From Eledone cirrhosa (lineage: Eukaryota), in contig OZ024740.1 of the NCBI GenBank assembly GCA_964016885.1, positions 358,050,001 to 358,114,000 of the forward strand: 64,000 bases of DNA, read 5' to 3'. The position numbers and the translations under genes were made by a program. The notes under the pieces were generated by a model. That model saw only the letters and a program-made list of their open reading frames with translations, made no database searches and had not been told where the DNA came from. Within the stretch, counting starts at the first letter, position 1, and each line of letters starts with the position of its first letter. Positions 24,424 through 38,158 of the stretch are shown in pieces.

Positions 24424-25610
24424 GATTTCATTTATTGGCCACAAGGGCCGACATGTAGGGGACAATACAAAGACAGGGACAGTGGGGGTTTACAATACGC
24501 TCGAGTAAAAGTGCACAATGGCAAGACTAATTTAACAATGAAGATATAAAAAATATGAAATAAACTATGCATAAATATAACAAAATAAATTCCCCAATAG
24601 GGGGGAGAGGGGGACCCAGGGGTGACTCAGGTACACCACCAATCCTGAACCCCCTACGCTTCTAGGGCACCCGGGGAGAGCACCCTTCTCCTCCTCAAAT
24701 TAGCCAGCCTATAGGCGCATGGTCAGAGTAGGCCCACTTACACGGGCCATTCTCGCCACATTCATCCACCTTTTAGTAAATGTACTGGGGAGGGGGGGGG
24801 GGGGCAGCACTTCTTTTTTCACCCTCACCTTCCTTTCCAGAAGAAGTTGATGAGGGATTGGCCGAAGAGAAAAGTGTCTGTCTGTCAGTCCTTTCAATCT
24901 GATCCACCATACAACCTCTTTCACTACTGCCACCAGACAGAGGAAAATTGCCTGCTCTTCCTGGCCAAAGGAAAGTGGCGGGTCTATCTTCACTATCGAC
25001 TCGGCCGTTAGCCGGATCCGTTCTACACGTGACAACAGTTGTTGGACATAACTCCACAAGTCAGTAATGCACGGACATTGGACAAGTGCGTGCAGAACGG
25101 TTTCGTCACTGTGCACATCTCGGCCGGTCCGTCTGACAGCACTTCCGTGCCTGTAGAGTTTATCTCGAACCGGCAGAGCCTCCCGGTAGCACTGTCAAGC
25201 AAGGGAATTCTGGAAGCTATCCATCGTCTCCGGCTCGAAAGTGCTCCGGAACAGACCGGTCTGTTCGACTTCGTCGAAGCCCAGAGCCTCTCCGAGTGCT
25301 TCACACTTGCCCACCACTAATCCTCTATAGAGCTCGAGAGTAGAAGTTCCATTTATCTCATTGCCCGCTCGGTAGATGGCAGTGAGTGCCTGGCAGCATT
25401 CCAGATGCCAGTCACCCAGTCTTGGTCTCTTCTTGACCCAGGACTGCAGCTCAGCCAAAGAGACGAGCTGCGGAAAGGCCCGGCCCGTCTGATAAACGGC
25501 GACCACACCTGTTCACTGTTTAGGCAGAATATCTGGAGATGTCACAGCCTCAGCGTATGTCTGCGCATCATTAGCCACGGCATGCCCAACCCTCCGCGTA
25601 GAGGGTGCTG
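24424..25610 (-). pseudogene. 5'-truncated Tx1/L1-type LINE (ORF2 C-terminus and 3'UTR)
   Basis: HPLRGGLGMPWLMMRRH, ETVLHALVQC, RVSGPTL; 3' end CTTGTGGCCAATAAATGAAATC+(ATT/GTT)n. Confidence 0.92.
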
Positions 25611-26494
25611 AACAATAGTGACAACGACGACAGCAACAATAACAACAAGGACAACAACAACAACAACAAGCACAAGTACAACAACAACATCTACAACAAC
25701 AAGCACAAGTACAAGAACTTCAACAACAACAACACATTCAACAACAATGACAACGATCACTGTAGTAACAGCAATAACAGTGACTACAACAACAATAACA
25801 ACGATAGCAATAACATCGGCAACAACAGTAACATCGATAACAAAAACGACCAAACAGCAACGACAGCAATAACAACAGCAATAACAACAACGACAGCAAT
25901 AACAACAGCAATAACAACAACGACAACAGCACTGACAACGACAATAACAACGACAATAACAACAACAATATCGTCTACATCAACAATGACAACAGTGACA
26001 ACAATAATACTAATAACGGCTATAAGAACAATGATAAACGACTACAGCAACAACGACAACTACAACACTAACAGCAACAACAACAACGACGACAATTACA
26101 GTAGTAACAACAACTACAATCCAACGATAAAATGTGTACGTGGTCGATTCACCTGCTAGGATTCAAAACGAAATTCGCTCAAATACACCCTATAATTTTT
26201 AAAATGACATTTATAGTCCTTCCCTATGTTGCTTCCTTTCTCTTAAAAATAAAAAGGATGCATTGAATATTGGTCAGTATAGTGCCTGATATACAAGATT
26301 GGATGGCCACGGTGGGAATACCATTGAGTCATAGGTTTATTCAACTAGGGAAGATCTGGTAGTAAACAACAACTACAACAACGAGATCCTTTATCTAGTT
26401 ACTCGCCCTGCTAGAAAGAGCAGTTACGTATTCCTTGAATCATACTCTACTGTCTTAAATAAAGAAGGATACATTAAACAATGTAGTCTCTATG

Positions 26495-26660
26495 CAGTGG
26501 TTCCCAAAGTGGGTTCCGCAAAGGATTGTTTGAGGTTCCGTGAAAAAAGGTAGAGGAGTATATCTATATTAATACCATATAACAGTATTAGACTTTGGGG
26601 TTCCCCCAAAGTTTCTGAACCAAAAAAGGTTTCGCGTTTGAAAAAGTTTGGGAAACCGTG
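26495..26660. mobile_element. hAT-Charlie-type MITE nested in another dispersed repeat
   Basis: CAGTGGTTCCCAAA ... TTTGGGAAACCGTG. The host repeat (about 26395-26760) resembles 26140-26385 and 45775-45850. Confidence 0.65.
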
Positions 26661-27224
26661 GTCTAGTGTATAAAAAAAGGTGGAATAGCCAGGGTCGGAA
26701 TGCTGCTAACCGTAGTTCTGTTTGATTAGTGATGACCTTAGCCAAGTAACAACTACAACTATCACGGCAACAGCTACAATAAAACGACTGCAATAGAAAC
26801 AGCCACAACAGTATTAAAACCAGAAATAAGACCACGAAATAGCAGCAAAATTTCACTGAAATCATATTTTACCCTCTTAAAAATGGAAGGACACGTTGGA
26901 TAATGTGGACTTGCGAAACTAATAGCGACGGTGACGGCTAGAAGGGGGTTGATTAAATATTTGATCTTTCAGAGCAGAAACAGCAGCAGCAGCAGTAGCA
27001 GCAGCAGCAACAACAAGAACAACAACAACAACAAACACACAAACACACAACAACAATAATGATATTAATAACAACAGCTGTTGTAATAAATCTGGCAATG
27101 TACATACTACCACCTTGTGTCAAATGGGAAGATAAACATTTCTTGGAAAGAACAAACTAAACATTACGTATGAAAAGAGCAGGAGATTTACATAATTGGT
27201 AGGGCTTTGTCTTTCATCCACCAG

Positions 27225-27326
27225 CGGCCGATAAAATAAAGTAACAGCAACGTACTGAGGTAGATTTAATCGACTTTCCCCTCCCTCCAAAATTGTTGGC
27301 CTTGTGCCTAAATCGGAAACCATTAT
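27225..27326 (+). mobile_element. SINE family 1, 3' half
   Basis: CGATAAAATAAAGTA...GGCCTTGTGCCTAAATCGGAAACCATTAT. Confidence 0.75.
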
Positions 27327-28128
27327 GTATGAAAAGAGCGTAGTTTTAGGCTTATGCTAAAATATACTTGAAGTGTGAATATATTGTGACCACAGCAAGT
27401 ATTTCACTTTACTTTTACGTGATACTGTATATCGACGAATTGACAGAATAACCAAAGGAAAATACTGTGAGCTTAATCCTGACTAAAAAAGAAGAAAAAT
27501 GCGTACTTCTTGTTTCTGTAATAGTAGCAAAAATGTTAGACAATAGTTGGAAAATCTCGTAGCTGATATCCAAAACAAAGCTGTGTATCAATGTAGGGTT
27601 ATTCATAGACTTTTAAGTAAACGTACTGCTTGATCACATGAAAATCTAAACCTGTCAGTATGACATATGCTGTTCCAAAAGAAAAAAAAAACTGTTTTGA
27701 ATAAGAAAAAATATCTGATTAATCAGATTAAATGTTCCATTCATTGTTGTTCAATTAGAAACAAAGTTGTATATTCGAAAATCATGTGTCGCCAATCGTA
27801 GACTGAATCGTAGCTGTTCAATCAGAAACATTTGGTTTTAGATAATTTATGTTGTAGAAAAAAGTCTTACGAGAAATGTACATTCGTATGTACACAAAGT
27901 CAATTGAGTAATGTACACCTGAATGTGTTCACACTATCTTCTTGTTTTAAAGTCAAATATGTATAAGCATATAATAACCAGCAGTAAAAGGAAAGCGCAG
28001 AAAACGTCCGGGTTTTTAAAGTGGTGACTAACAATCGACAAATAATTTTTCTTCCAGCGTTTACAACAGCTAAAATATAACCGATTCTGTTCAACCATGA
28101 GGGAGTTGACCGTTAGATAAAAGAAATA

Positions 28129-28317
28129 TAATTGTTTCTACTTTTGCCACAAGGCCAGCAATTACCCCAGTGTATTACTGGTACTTTATTTTATCGACCC
28201 CGTGAGGATGAAAGGCAAAGTTAATCTCGGCAAGATTTGAACTTAGATCATAAAGGGACGTAACTCTATGCTGTAAAGCATGGCGTCCGATCCTCTACCG
28301 ATACTGCTAATTCACCG
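28129..28317 (-). mobile_element. SINE family 1, short variant
   Basis: Family match; TSD GATAAAAGAAATATA. Confidence 0.9.
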
Positions 28318-30717
28318 ATAAAAGAAATATAATATATATTAATTCGCAGTAGCACAAACAGAGCCTAATTCATAATAGAAGCTTGTATGAAAGCATATAC
28401 ATATGTTTATGTATAATAAACATACATAAATCTCGTTACGGGGGATCTGAGCTGTGACCATGTCATTGCTATCTCAGTAGCTGCGTGAGAATGTCACACA
28501 TTATTGTTTCAGGATTGTTATCCGTCTTCTGGGATGTTTACTCACTTTAATGTCTCGGACCAGATTTCATCTTCCCCAGTGAGGAAATTGATTAAAGATG
28601 AAATAGAAACAAGTTTTTGTATAAAATTATTCACTTATTAGGCAATTTAAACATTGATTTTGAAAAGTTTTCCGGTGATGCCTCCCGCGTGAAGATCTAA
28701 GTAAAGGTGATGCGTCAAAAATTATTTTGAATAAAATTACAATTACGGGGGTCGATATGTTAAATATTTCTACAAACTAAAACATTATCATTTATTTTCT
28801 TGGTGAATTGATGCACCAAAGTTCCAATTAATAAAAATTGGGAACAGGCAATGAATCGAGGCGATAAATAGACTGATATTTAATAGACATGGGGACAACT
28901 CCAGATGTTTCAGTATTACGGTTATCCCAATAACAACTTTTTATTGTGTTTTATATTACATTTCTATTGGTCATGTCCTTGGTGTGCATATCCTGTTTAA
29001 AAGCTTTTGTTCGTTATGCCTCGTTCTAGTAAAACAGAATGGGAACGCGTGAATAATTACCTCACAAGTGCTTTTTCTTTTTATTAACTTAAGAAGAGAA
29101 ATATTTTAAGCCATGAAAATACTAAACAACTGTTAAATGAATAAGTTCACAATGCTTTAAGAAATTTGAAGGTTATTTTGTCTGAATTTGTTTAAGGACA
29201 TTATTTGAGTTTCAAGGGATTAAGTGGTGATATTTCATCGGAGTAAATGAAGAACAAACAGTCTGCTTTCGGTGAAATCCTGAATAAACAATAGTGTTTT
29301 ATCATTTAACAAAAAAATTGCTTTGATATTTGTGTACGTTATGCTCAGACAGCTAATATTTTTATTTATTTTTATTGTTTTTTTTTTAAAGATTCTCATA
29401 TTTCATTTTACCAACAAACGGTTTACAGTCATTGATTCATTCTTTATAATCATTCATACTAAAATCTAGTGAAAGTACTCATTTTATGATTATTTGAAGT
29501 CATTGAAAGTGTTAATTCGATAGAAGTTGTAAAGAATAGGCGAGATTGAAGGCATTGTTGTTGAGCCGATATCCTTGTATTCATGGTTATGACATTTAAT
29601 CGTGTAGCAGTAATTTGAAATCTTGGCAAAGGAGGTCAGCGTGGCCACATGGTGACCTTGTTGCACAGAGATATTTAATTTCTCTTTATCTCTAACTGAC
29701 GCCAGTTAGTTAAGAAAAATTGTGTAACTAGAGATTTTTTGAGATAACAATTTTAGGGGACAAAAACCTGCTCCGAGTCAATCGATACAGTTGCAGACCT
29801 TCTGTTGACCAGCTAAGATGTTGTGATGTTGTGGTCAGGGTAAATCACTTTTCCAAGCATTTCTCATTGTTATCATAATGAACACTTACTCACTTACTTG
29901 CACAGCCGCATTCTCTGGACACATTATATCAGGCACACCAATCTTCTTTCACTTATATTCAAAACAACTGTGACCACACAACTAAACAATCCAAGCGAGC
30001 ACACACAACAACCGCATCAACAACACACCACCATCTCATTCCAGAATCAATCATTACTCCACAATATATTAGGACTAAGTTATATGTAAAGTTGGTATAA
30101 TTCCTGTTTATAGTATCTTTAATAGTGGAGATTGAAGTTTTAGACGAAAGACTTTCATATTTGATATGAAATATTTATAATGCAGTTTCTTGCTTTTCAT
30201 GACTGTTTTGTTGATGCGGTTTCATATGGAATAGGGCGTTAAGTGCTAAAATAGCAAGTTGACTTGCAGTATTGTGTACAATACTTCCGCATGGAGAAGT
30301 TGCCTTCGATAAACTCATTTTCTGACTAGGGAAACATTTATCTCTTATTTACATTTTTATGCATATAGATAGCATCTGTCCGGATTTCCAGAGCTACAAA
30401 GGAGAGAAAAATAGTATCTTCTTTTTAAAATCCAGATTTTTTTCTAGAAATGAGAAATATTTAACTTTCTTAAACACTCGATATTTAGTACATACATACC
30501 TTTTTTCTTTTCATTTTCATAAATACAAACAATTCTTACCTTTATGCTGTTATAAAATTAACAACAATCTCTAAAAGTACATTAAGCAAAACAATCCAAA
30601 TATCCAACCTAACGTATCTAATATACAGAGGTATAATATATCAGTTTCTGAACAAGTACAACAGAATTAACATGCGATAAAAATCGTCACAAGAAGAAAT
30701 CGACATATTGATAGATA

Positions 30718-31080
30718 GATTTCTTTATTAGCCACAGGGGCACAAAAGAAGGGGACAAATACAAAGGGGGAAGTTTACATACAATAAAAGCGTGTAAAAT
30801 GTTATCACAGATGGAATTTAAAAGTTAGTCGATTTTCCCCAATAGAGGGAGACAGTTTATATGGGTAACACAGACCCCCGAAAAAAATGTGCAACCCTCA
30901 TCTCCAGGAGTACGAAGAGCTTGTACTCCTTTCCTCTCCTCCTCCTTTTCCTCAACCTACAGGCTGATATAGAGAGAAGGCCCATTCACTCGGGCCATTC
31001 TCGCCACTTTCACCCACCTTTCATAAAACTTGCTGGGGTACAGCACCTCTCTCTCCATCCTGATTCTTCTTCCAAAGTGG
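30718..31080 (-). mobile_element. Tx1/L1-type LINE 3' tip
   Basis: GGCCCATTCACTCGGGCCATTCT matches 47124-47146; same 3' terminus, followed by (TATC)n. Confidence 0.85.
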
Positions 31081-31739
31081 TATTAGGGACGTCATAGATT
31101 CAACTTCTGTTATTGAGGTAATTTTTACTTCTCAATGTAAACCATGAGAAAACTAAAACGTATCGTCTAATCAGGCTATCTGAGATGGGTAGGGACTGAC
31201 AGTAGCTTATGCTAGCTGTGCTAGCTCACCTTACAATACAAAGTGTGATGTTACAGTAGAAGTCGGGACGACTAAGTAGTAAGCATGTTTGAGTTCAGAT
31301 GTTTTCTCGTGATTTGCATTGATAGATTAGAACGGCCTTTATAACATTACAAGTCAAAGCGTTAAAATCTATCTAGGCTATTTATGAATGCATCGATTTC
31401 TTTTTGTGACCAGCTTTTGTAGTCATGGCTAACACAGTAGCCTGAGTAAGATAGTGGAACATATGATTAGAAGAAATGACATCAAAAGGTGCTGATCAAT
31501 TCACGGGATTCATTAGTAAGATTGACAAACTCCCCAGCCTGCAATTGTGTCTAGCATGGCGAGTGTAGGCTATATCTCCCGAGTAATATGGTGACATAAC
31601 TAAAGCAACGACGCACTGTCCTACACAGCTACCAACTCAACAGCCGTAGGAGCGGTTGTATTGATGCGAGTCCAAACGGTGTGAAGAAACCCTGGGCTAG
31701 GAAGGCTCCCTGGACAATAAGAACGTAAAATTCAAGGTC

Positions 31740-32740
31740 ATTATTTGAATAAACAGGAAACAACACTTGAACACCTGAACTGGGGCATTCTAGGATAAAC
31801 GAAACAAAAAGAAAAGTGAAAAGATGGAACAATTATAAGGTGAATATTTACTTTACATAAGAGAAAATGAAAGCAACTGCCAGGATTGTGTGAGATTCGA
31901 TATATAACATTAATTGTAGTTAGCTTTGATAGTACACCCCCTACAGATACACAAGTGTTTATTAAATATTCACAAAGACATAGGATACATAAAAGACAGT
32001 TATTTGTACCAACATTCAATTACCCAAATGAAGAAGTCAATGAGCTTTCGAACCAGGAGAAGATACAATACATAATAATTATAGGGGAATTTAATGCCAA
32101 GTTAGGTTAAAAACAAACAAAATAACTAATAAACAGGAAAAATCAATGTGACATTTTCAAACGGGCGAGAAAATGATACGAGTAAATGATTAATTAAATT
32201 TGAAGAAAATAGGAAATTTAAAATTCTGACAAATTCTTTTCTTTCAGAAATTGAACCGAGAGGTAACATGGAAGTGTCTAAACAGAGAAACAAAAAATGA
32301 AATAGATTTTTATTGTGAAAAATAAGCAGAGCCAATCGCAAAATGTGGTAATTATTTTACAGTTTGATATTGGAAGTGACCGTCATCTGGGAAGTGAAAA
32401 TATAGTATTAACATGAAACTAGAAATTAATGAGGAAACTAATCAGGAAAAGTCACAAGTAAATATACAAGTTTTTCAATTGTATATTCAACAGAAATATA
32501 AATATGAAACAACAATAAAATAGATTTGAAGTTGAATTATGAATTAGAAAACCAAAATGTAGATTGACAGTTTTAAAATATGGTTGACAATATCAGATGT
32601 ACTGAACTCAGGGTAGCAAGGAGAAAGAAACACTAAAAAGAAACGTTGTCTCAAGAAGCACATAGGTTGAAGAGAAGGAAGGAAATGAAAAAGGAAAGCA
32701 GCAACCAGAAGGTGGAATATGCAGAAACTTGTAAAACCAT
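31740..32740 (+). pseudogene. decayed RTE-like APE endonuclease region
   Basis: Remnants ILG.NETKRK, FVPTFNYPNEEV, IIIGEFNAKLG, KNEIDF and FDIGSD.HL in the expected order. Confidence 0.6.
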
Positions 32741-32872
32741 TAACATGTATCCAGCTCTCTTCTTGCTGGGGAAATGCTTCACCATTATAAAGTTTTTGTA
32801 TACCTTCTGCAGTTCCTCATGTAATCATGTACATAACTTCACTGATCTCGATATCTGCATCCGGTGTGGCGT

Positions 32873-33026
32873 GGAGACAATATGCAACGTCCAGTGCGAT
32901 ATCACCGGGAGACAATATGCAACGTCCAGTGCGATATCACCGGGTGGCAACAAGCAACGTCCAGTGCGATATCACCGAGTGGCAACAGCAACGTCCAGTG
33001 CGATATCACCGGGTGGTAACAAGCAA
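32873..33026. repeat. 35-bp tandem repeat, ~4.5 units
   Basis: Invariant GCAACGTCCAGTGCGATATCACCG x4 with related 10-11 nt linkers. Confidence 0.9.
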
Positions 33027-33405
33027 CTTACGTGTTAGGCACGGTGGCCCTGGTCTTCGGTCCCCAACTTTACTGGTATTGACGGTATTTATTTCTTGGT
33101 TGGACTCTTGTGCCTTTAACAACGTTCTCCGTACCACATTAGAGCCTACTATGATCAGATTATTTGAGACGGCCTACGTTACTTGGGTCACTATTAAATT
33201 TGCGAAGGTATAAGTGGAAAGATCGGCTCGGACCCAGAAACCAACAAAGATGGAATTTTCACCGGCCGACAAACCCTGTACCAACAATATTGCATTGAGT
33301 TCAAATACCCATGGTAAGTTGCATGTAATATCCCATTGTTTAGATTAATATATACATGCACCAAAACCTCTAAAATTGTTAACGATTCTCAAATGGTCGC
33401 ATATC

Positions 33406-33509
<104 letters not shown>

Positions 33510-33544
33510 CATATTTATTTATTTATTTATTTATTTTCTTTCCA

Positions 33545-34064
33545 GCCGAGGGGCTGAGGCCATGCTAAGGCACTGCCACCGATGCTACACTTTCTATGGT
33601 CAGCCTTCCCTAGTTGGCCATTGATTCGAAAGGGAGTTTGTCACTGCCACTCTTATTTGTGCTTCGTCTCATGCTGTGGGTTCAACCGGGGTCTTAGCCA
33701 ATAGAATGTTGAGCTGTCTCTTGAAAACATCTACATGCACACAATGTAGATATCTCAGATTTTTTGGCAGCTTATTAAAAAGCTGGGGTCACTTGATCCC
33801 CTGGCTATTGCAGTATTGGGTCCTTATTCTCGATGCGATAGATGGGAACCTTGACATTACACAGTGACGGCATGTTATTGGGCTGGTCCTGTCTTCAATG
33901 CCGAAGTATGGTGCTAACCCTTCCAGGATCTTCCATATGTATATCACTGAGTATCTCTCCCGACTCTACTCCAGGGAGTAAAGTTTAATTTCTTCAGCCT
34001 CTCCCAGTAGCTCATCTCTTTCATTGAGGCAAACATCTTGGTGTAGCTTCGTTGGATTGCTTCA
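33545..34064 (-). pseudogene. CR1-type LINE 3' fragment
   Basis: Minus strand: EAIQRSYTKM..MSYWERLKKL..YSLE..ERYSVIYIWKILEGL. Confidence 0.8.
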
Positions 34065-34120
34065 AAACAGACCTATTTTATTAAATCTTTGTTGGTGTTT
34101 TTCAATAAACAAATATCATT

Positions 34121-34246
34121 ATTTCTGACGACAGCATATATATGTGAAGGTATGTATATTTCCTCTGATAGTTTGTAAAATCTTTACATAGATCTATATG
34201 ATATACATACCAACACACATATATATCCTAGAAACAATCGTAAAAT
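34121..34246 (+). ncRNA. type I hammerhead with extended stem II (family H copy 1)
   Basis: AUUU-CUGACGA-..AUAUAUAUGUG/CACAUAUAUAU and GGUAUGUAUAU/AUAUACAUACC stems-GAA-ACAAUCGU-A/AAAU; stem III carries one substitution relative to copy 2. Confidence 0.6.
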
Positions 34247-34435
34247 GATGAATTTTTTAATATAAGGAACTTGTTCTTTGTTTTTATACATTGCTTTTAT
34301 TAATTTATCTTGACTCTGTTTTCCTGTGATTTTCATCGAAAAACTTTTGAATGCCTCTTCTCTTTTCATGATATTTGGATTACATTGAGTTCTTCATACG
34401 GATTGGACACTACCTTATATTTTGGTAGATTTATC

Positions 34436-34477
<42 letters not shown>

Positions 34478-34650
34478 GTATGAGTCTCGGGTTCAATCGG
34501 GTAACCACAGTAAGGTATTCAATACATTAGTAGAGTGTATACAATATATTCGAATGAAACAGTTCTCGTCCTGTAGAAGCCACTTCTATATTAAATTTTG
34601 TTATATATACGTATATATATATGTGTGTGTGTAAGTATGTATACACACAC

Positions 34651-34762
<112 letters not shown>

Positions 34763-34843
34763 GGTAAACAGAGATAACATCACAATCGGTACAATATATA
34801 GAAGGAATATATTAGGTTAACGCTTGAAATAGCAGGAAGAGGG

Positions 34844-34879
34844 TCTTAACGTTTCGGACGCTAGTCCTTCATCAGAAGA
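34844..34879 (-). ncRNA. minimal type I hammerhead ribozyme
   Basis: UCUU-CUGAUGA-A-GGAC-UAGC-GUCC-GAA-ACGU-U/AAGA, the classic minimal Penelope-type motif. Confidence 0.8.
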
Positions 34880-34965
34880 AAGAATGAGAAATAAGATAGA
34901 TTAAAGGTACGGACGGGGTGGATTTGGAAAAAAATGTCTTTAGATAACAATGACAGGTCCATTCA

Positions 34966-35110
<145 letters not shown>

Positions 35111-35190
35111 TTATATATATATATATATATAAATTAATAAAAACAATGAATAAAAACAAAGAACAAGTTCCTTATATTAAAAAATTCATC

Positions 35191-35316
35191 ATTTTACGAT
35201 CGTTTCTAGGATATATATGTGTGTTGGTATGTATATCATATAGATCTATGTAAAAATATTACTAACTTTCAGAGGAAACATACATACCTTCACATATATA
35301 TGATGTCTTCAGAAAT
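35191..35316 (-). ncRNA. type I hammerhead with extended stem II (family H copy 2)
   Basis: AUUU-CUGAAGA-long stem II-GAA-ACGAUCGU-A/AAAU; inverted homolog of 34121-34246. Confidence 0.7.
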
Positions 35317-35494
35317 AATTGTTTCTACTTTTGGCACAAGGCCAGCAATTACCCAGTACATTACTGGTACTTTATTTTATCGACTCCGTAAGGATGAAAG
35401 GCAAAGTTAACCTTGGCGGGATTTGAACTCAGACCATAAAGGGACGTAACTATGCTAGAAAGCATAGCATCCAACCCTCTATCGATACTACCAA
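35314..35494 (-). mobile_element. SINE family 1, short variant, inserted in family H element
   Basis: TSD TCAGAAATAAT at 35309-35319 and 35498-35508. Confidence 0.9.
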
Positions 35495-36417
35495 GTCTCA
35501 GAAATAATGAGATTTGTTTATTGAAAAAACCCAACAAGGATTTAATATAATAGGTCTGTTTGGGAACAGGTTTTGAATTGAAAAGTAGTAAGAGGTCAAG
35601 TTGATAGAATAGTAGTAGTAGAGATTTAATTTAGGGGTAGAGGAATGCAGACTTATATTTTGAATGGAAAGAATACTTTGAATGAAAAGAATACTTTGGG
35701 GATGAAAAGAGGTCAAGCCGGTGAAGAGTACACGAAAATTTGATGTTGCCAAAAATAGAAACAGTTATTAAAGAATAATGTTATAATATATATATATATA
35801 TATATATGGAGAATATGGTGGTTGTGTACTTGCTAGTACGTTAGGCTTAAAAATGGAATGAGAGTAAGAAGAAAGCAAGAACTGGGGGGGTCCTCGTCAT
35901 TTGTCTCCTGGGGGTCTCGGATATTTCAACGCTTTAAAGACAATATATCTACCCCTAGGGCGTTCAATAACCGGGTAAGTTATTGGGAAAACGGAGGAGG
36001 GAGAGAAGGAAAATAGAAGGGAAAAGGGGAAAAAAAGAAAACAGCGAAAAAAAAACACAACAAACCGAAGAATGTGCAGCAACTAGAGAGAGAATCCAAG
36101 ATCACAGCGGTAACAGAACAAGTTCGAGAGCGTTTGATCGAACGAAAAAGGCGACTGGCCCAAGCGAGTGTGAGTGAGAAAAAGACTGCTAGATGGTCAG
36201 GTGGGGAAAAACAATGAGGTGACAGGAATGATTTATTCCCTCTATGGTCTGTGTTTTCCGTCTCAGGTACCCTTGTACAACTTTCTATGTAAATTGGTCC
36301 ATTTTTTAATCTTGTTTGAGCATTGAATAGGATTTTCCAATGTTCTTAGGAGAGAGATTTATATCAGGCATTATTCCATATCTCTCCTCCAGATCAGTGA
36401 CTATCCTAATGATATTA

Positions 36418-36598
36418 TGGCAGTATCAGTAGAGGGTCGGACACCATGCTTTCCAGCATAGTTACATCCCTTTATGGTCTGAATTCAAATCCCGCCGAGG
36501 TTAACTTTGCTTTTCATCTTTACAGGGTCGATAAAATAAAGTACTAGTAATGCACTGGGATAATTGCTGGCCTTGTGCCAAAAGTAGAAACAATTATT
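36418..36598 (+). mobile_element. SINE family 1, short variant
   Basis: Family match from head to tail. Confidence 0.9.
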
Positions 36599-37043
36599 TC
36601 CTTCATGTTCATAAACCTGGGCAAGATGGTTGCTGACCTTTTTCTTCTGTTGAAGATGTTGCTTCAGTGTTACTATGTATGTTCTTCTGGTTTTATAATT
36701 TCACAAATTTTTGCCAATAGAGAGAGAGAGTCAGTTTCTAACATAGACACAAGACTCTCTCATTGGAATTTACACAACATCAACTAGGTAGATTGTATGT
36801 ATGTCTGCATGCATGCATGTGTAGGTATGGATGTTATTGTATGTATGGATGTGTATGTTTTGAGTTGTATGTGTGCATGTGTATATGCTTTGTATCTGTA
36901 CATGTGTATATGCAGTTATTAGATGCAAAATTTTTGGAATGTTTTACATATTTTATAAATATAGTTTCCATTTATTAATATAGTGTATATATATATAAGT
37001 TAAAACAATGAAATAAAAAATCGAATCATTAGAAATACACTTC

Positions 37044-37183
37044 ACTGTTTTACGATCGTTTCTAGGTGATGATAATACATCGTAACTATACTTCGTTATC
37101 GATCTATGTAAGGTTAGTTACAAAATATCAGATAAGCAGAATATTTACTTACATGCATATCACCAGCTGTTGTCAAAAGCAAT
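37044..37183 (-). ncRNA. degenerate hammerhead (family H copy 3)
   Basis: Core decayed to UUGACAA; retains GGUGAU/AUCACC, CCUA-GAA-ACGAUCGU-A-AAA and the internal UUACAUAGAUC motif. Confidence 0.5.
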
Positions 37184-37420
37184 ACTAATTTTATTCAAAA
37201 CTAGTAGTAAATTAGTATTATGTTTAGTTCTATGACCTAACTGTGATTAGGCAGCGATTGAGACAAGTTTTTGAGTTTTTCTTTGAATTACAAAGTCATA
37301 AGTGTGTTACATTTTTGAAAGTGTGTTATATTTTTTCTTAAACCATTAGGTGGTGGGAATTTCAATCAGTCTTATACCAACGGGAGGTCGTCTTTTATTC
37401 TACGACATCTTCTACAAATA

Positions 37421-37635
37421 TACGAGGTTGGGCTGAAAAGTTCAAGGCTGTTATGAAGGTGTGTTGCTAGTGCTGTGAAATTTTGCATGGATTAATTTCT
37501 ACTATTCATATTAATGACTGCATTGTTTCTTTCTAGGGATTATGTTGAAAAATAAACTTCAATCGGTCATTCCATGAGAGTATACTGGTCAGCCTATGAC
37601 CTTTCAGTCTATGTACTTTTCAACTGACCCTCGTA
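37421..37635. mobile_element. mariner-type MITE
   Basis: TA-CGAGGTTGGGCTGAAAAGT ... ACTTTTCAACTGACCCTCG-TA. Confidence 0.75.
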
Positions 37636-38014
37636 AATGAAGTACTAATTTCTAACTATAGGAATACAATTTTATGTAGCGCCATAACTATATGAAATAT
37701 ATTGTTGGCTGTAATTATATTGAATCTAGAGAGACAGGAAGTGAAGTTGACACAGATAGTGCTTGAACAGTGAATAAAAAGAGACATAACTAAAAATCCT
37801 AATTCAAAAATAACTATCCAATTCATAGTGGATCTCTACTGACTCGGTAATTCCATCTTGATTTCGAGCTATATGAAGTATAGCTCTATTTTGACGAGGT
37901 TCTATGCCTTAGATAAGAAGAGAAATAAAGCTAGAGTTATAACAATCTTGATAAGTCCCTAAGACACTGAGTGAGTAGTTTCAATCGTTAATCAACCAAA
38001 AGCCTACTGTCCTT

Positions 38015-38158
38015 CATGGCGTCGAAGACGCTACTTTTTTCCTAAAATATGTCTCAAAAATCTACCATGCGTTCTGGAGGCCGAAGGTTGTTTATTATTT
38101 TTTTCGGATTTTTGGTTGTCAAAATTTTTGGTTGTCTTCGGCGCCGGGAAATACGGTA
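38015..38158. mobile_element. pogo/Tigger-like right-end fragment
   Basis: GTCTTCGGCGCCGGGAAATACGG-TA terminus; internal inverted GGCGTCGAAGAC. Confidence 0.45.

Larger units (their letters stand above)
24075..26128. repeat. degenerate (AAC/AAT/GAC)n array split by SINE and LINE insertions
   Basis: Period-3 tracts at 24075-24198, 24408-24423 and 25611-26128. Confidence 0.8.

Noticed and set aside
25542-26159. Asn-, Thr- or Val-rich ORFs up to 184 aa
   Set aside because: Frames of a degenerate trinucleotide array.
32873-33026. CRISPR-like repeat/spacer pattern
   Set aside because: Linkers are only 10-11 nt and related to each other; no cas genes; eukaryotic context.
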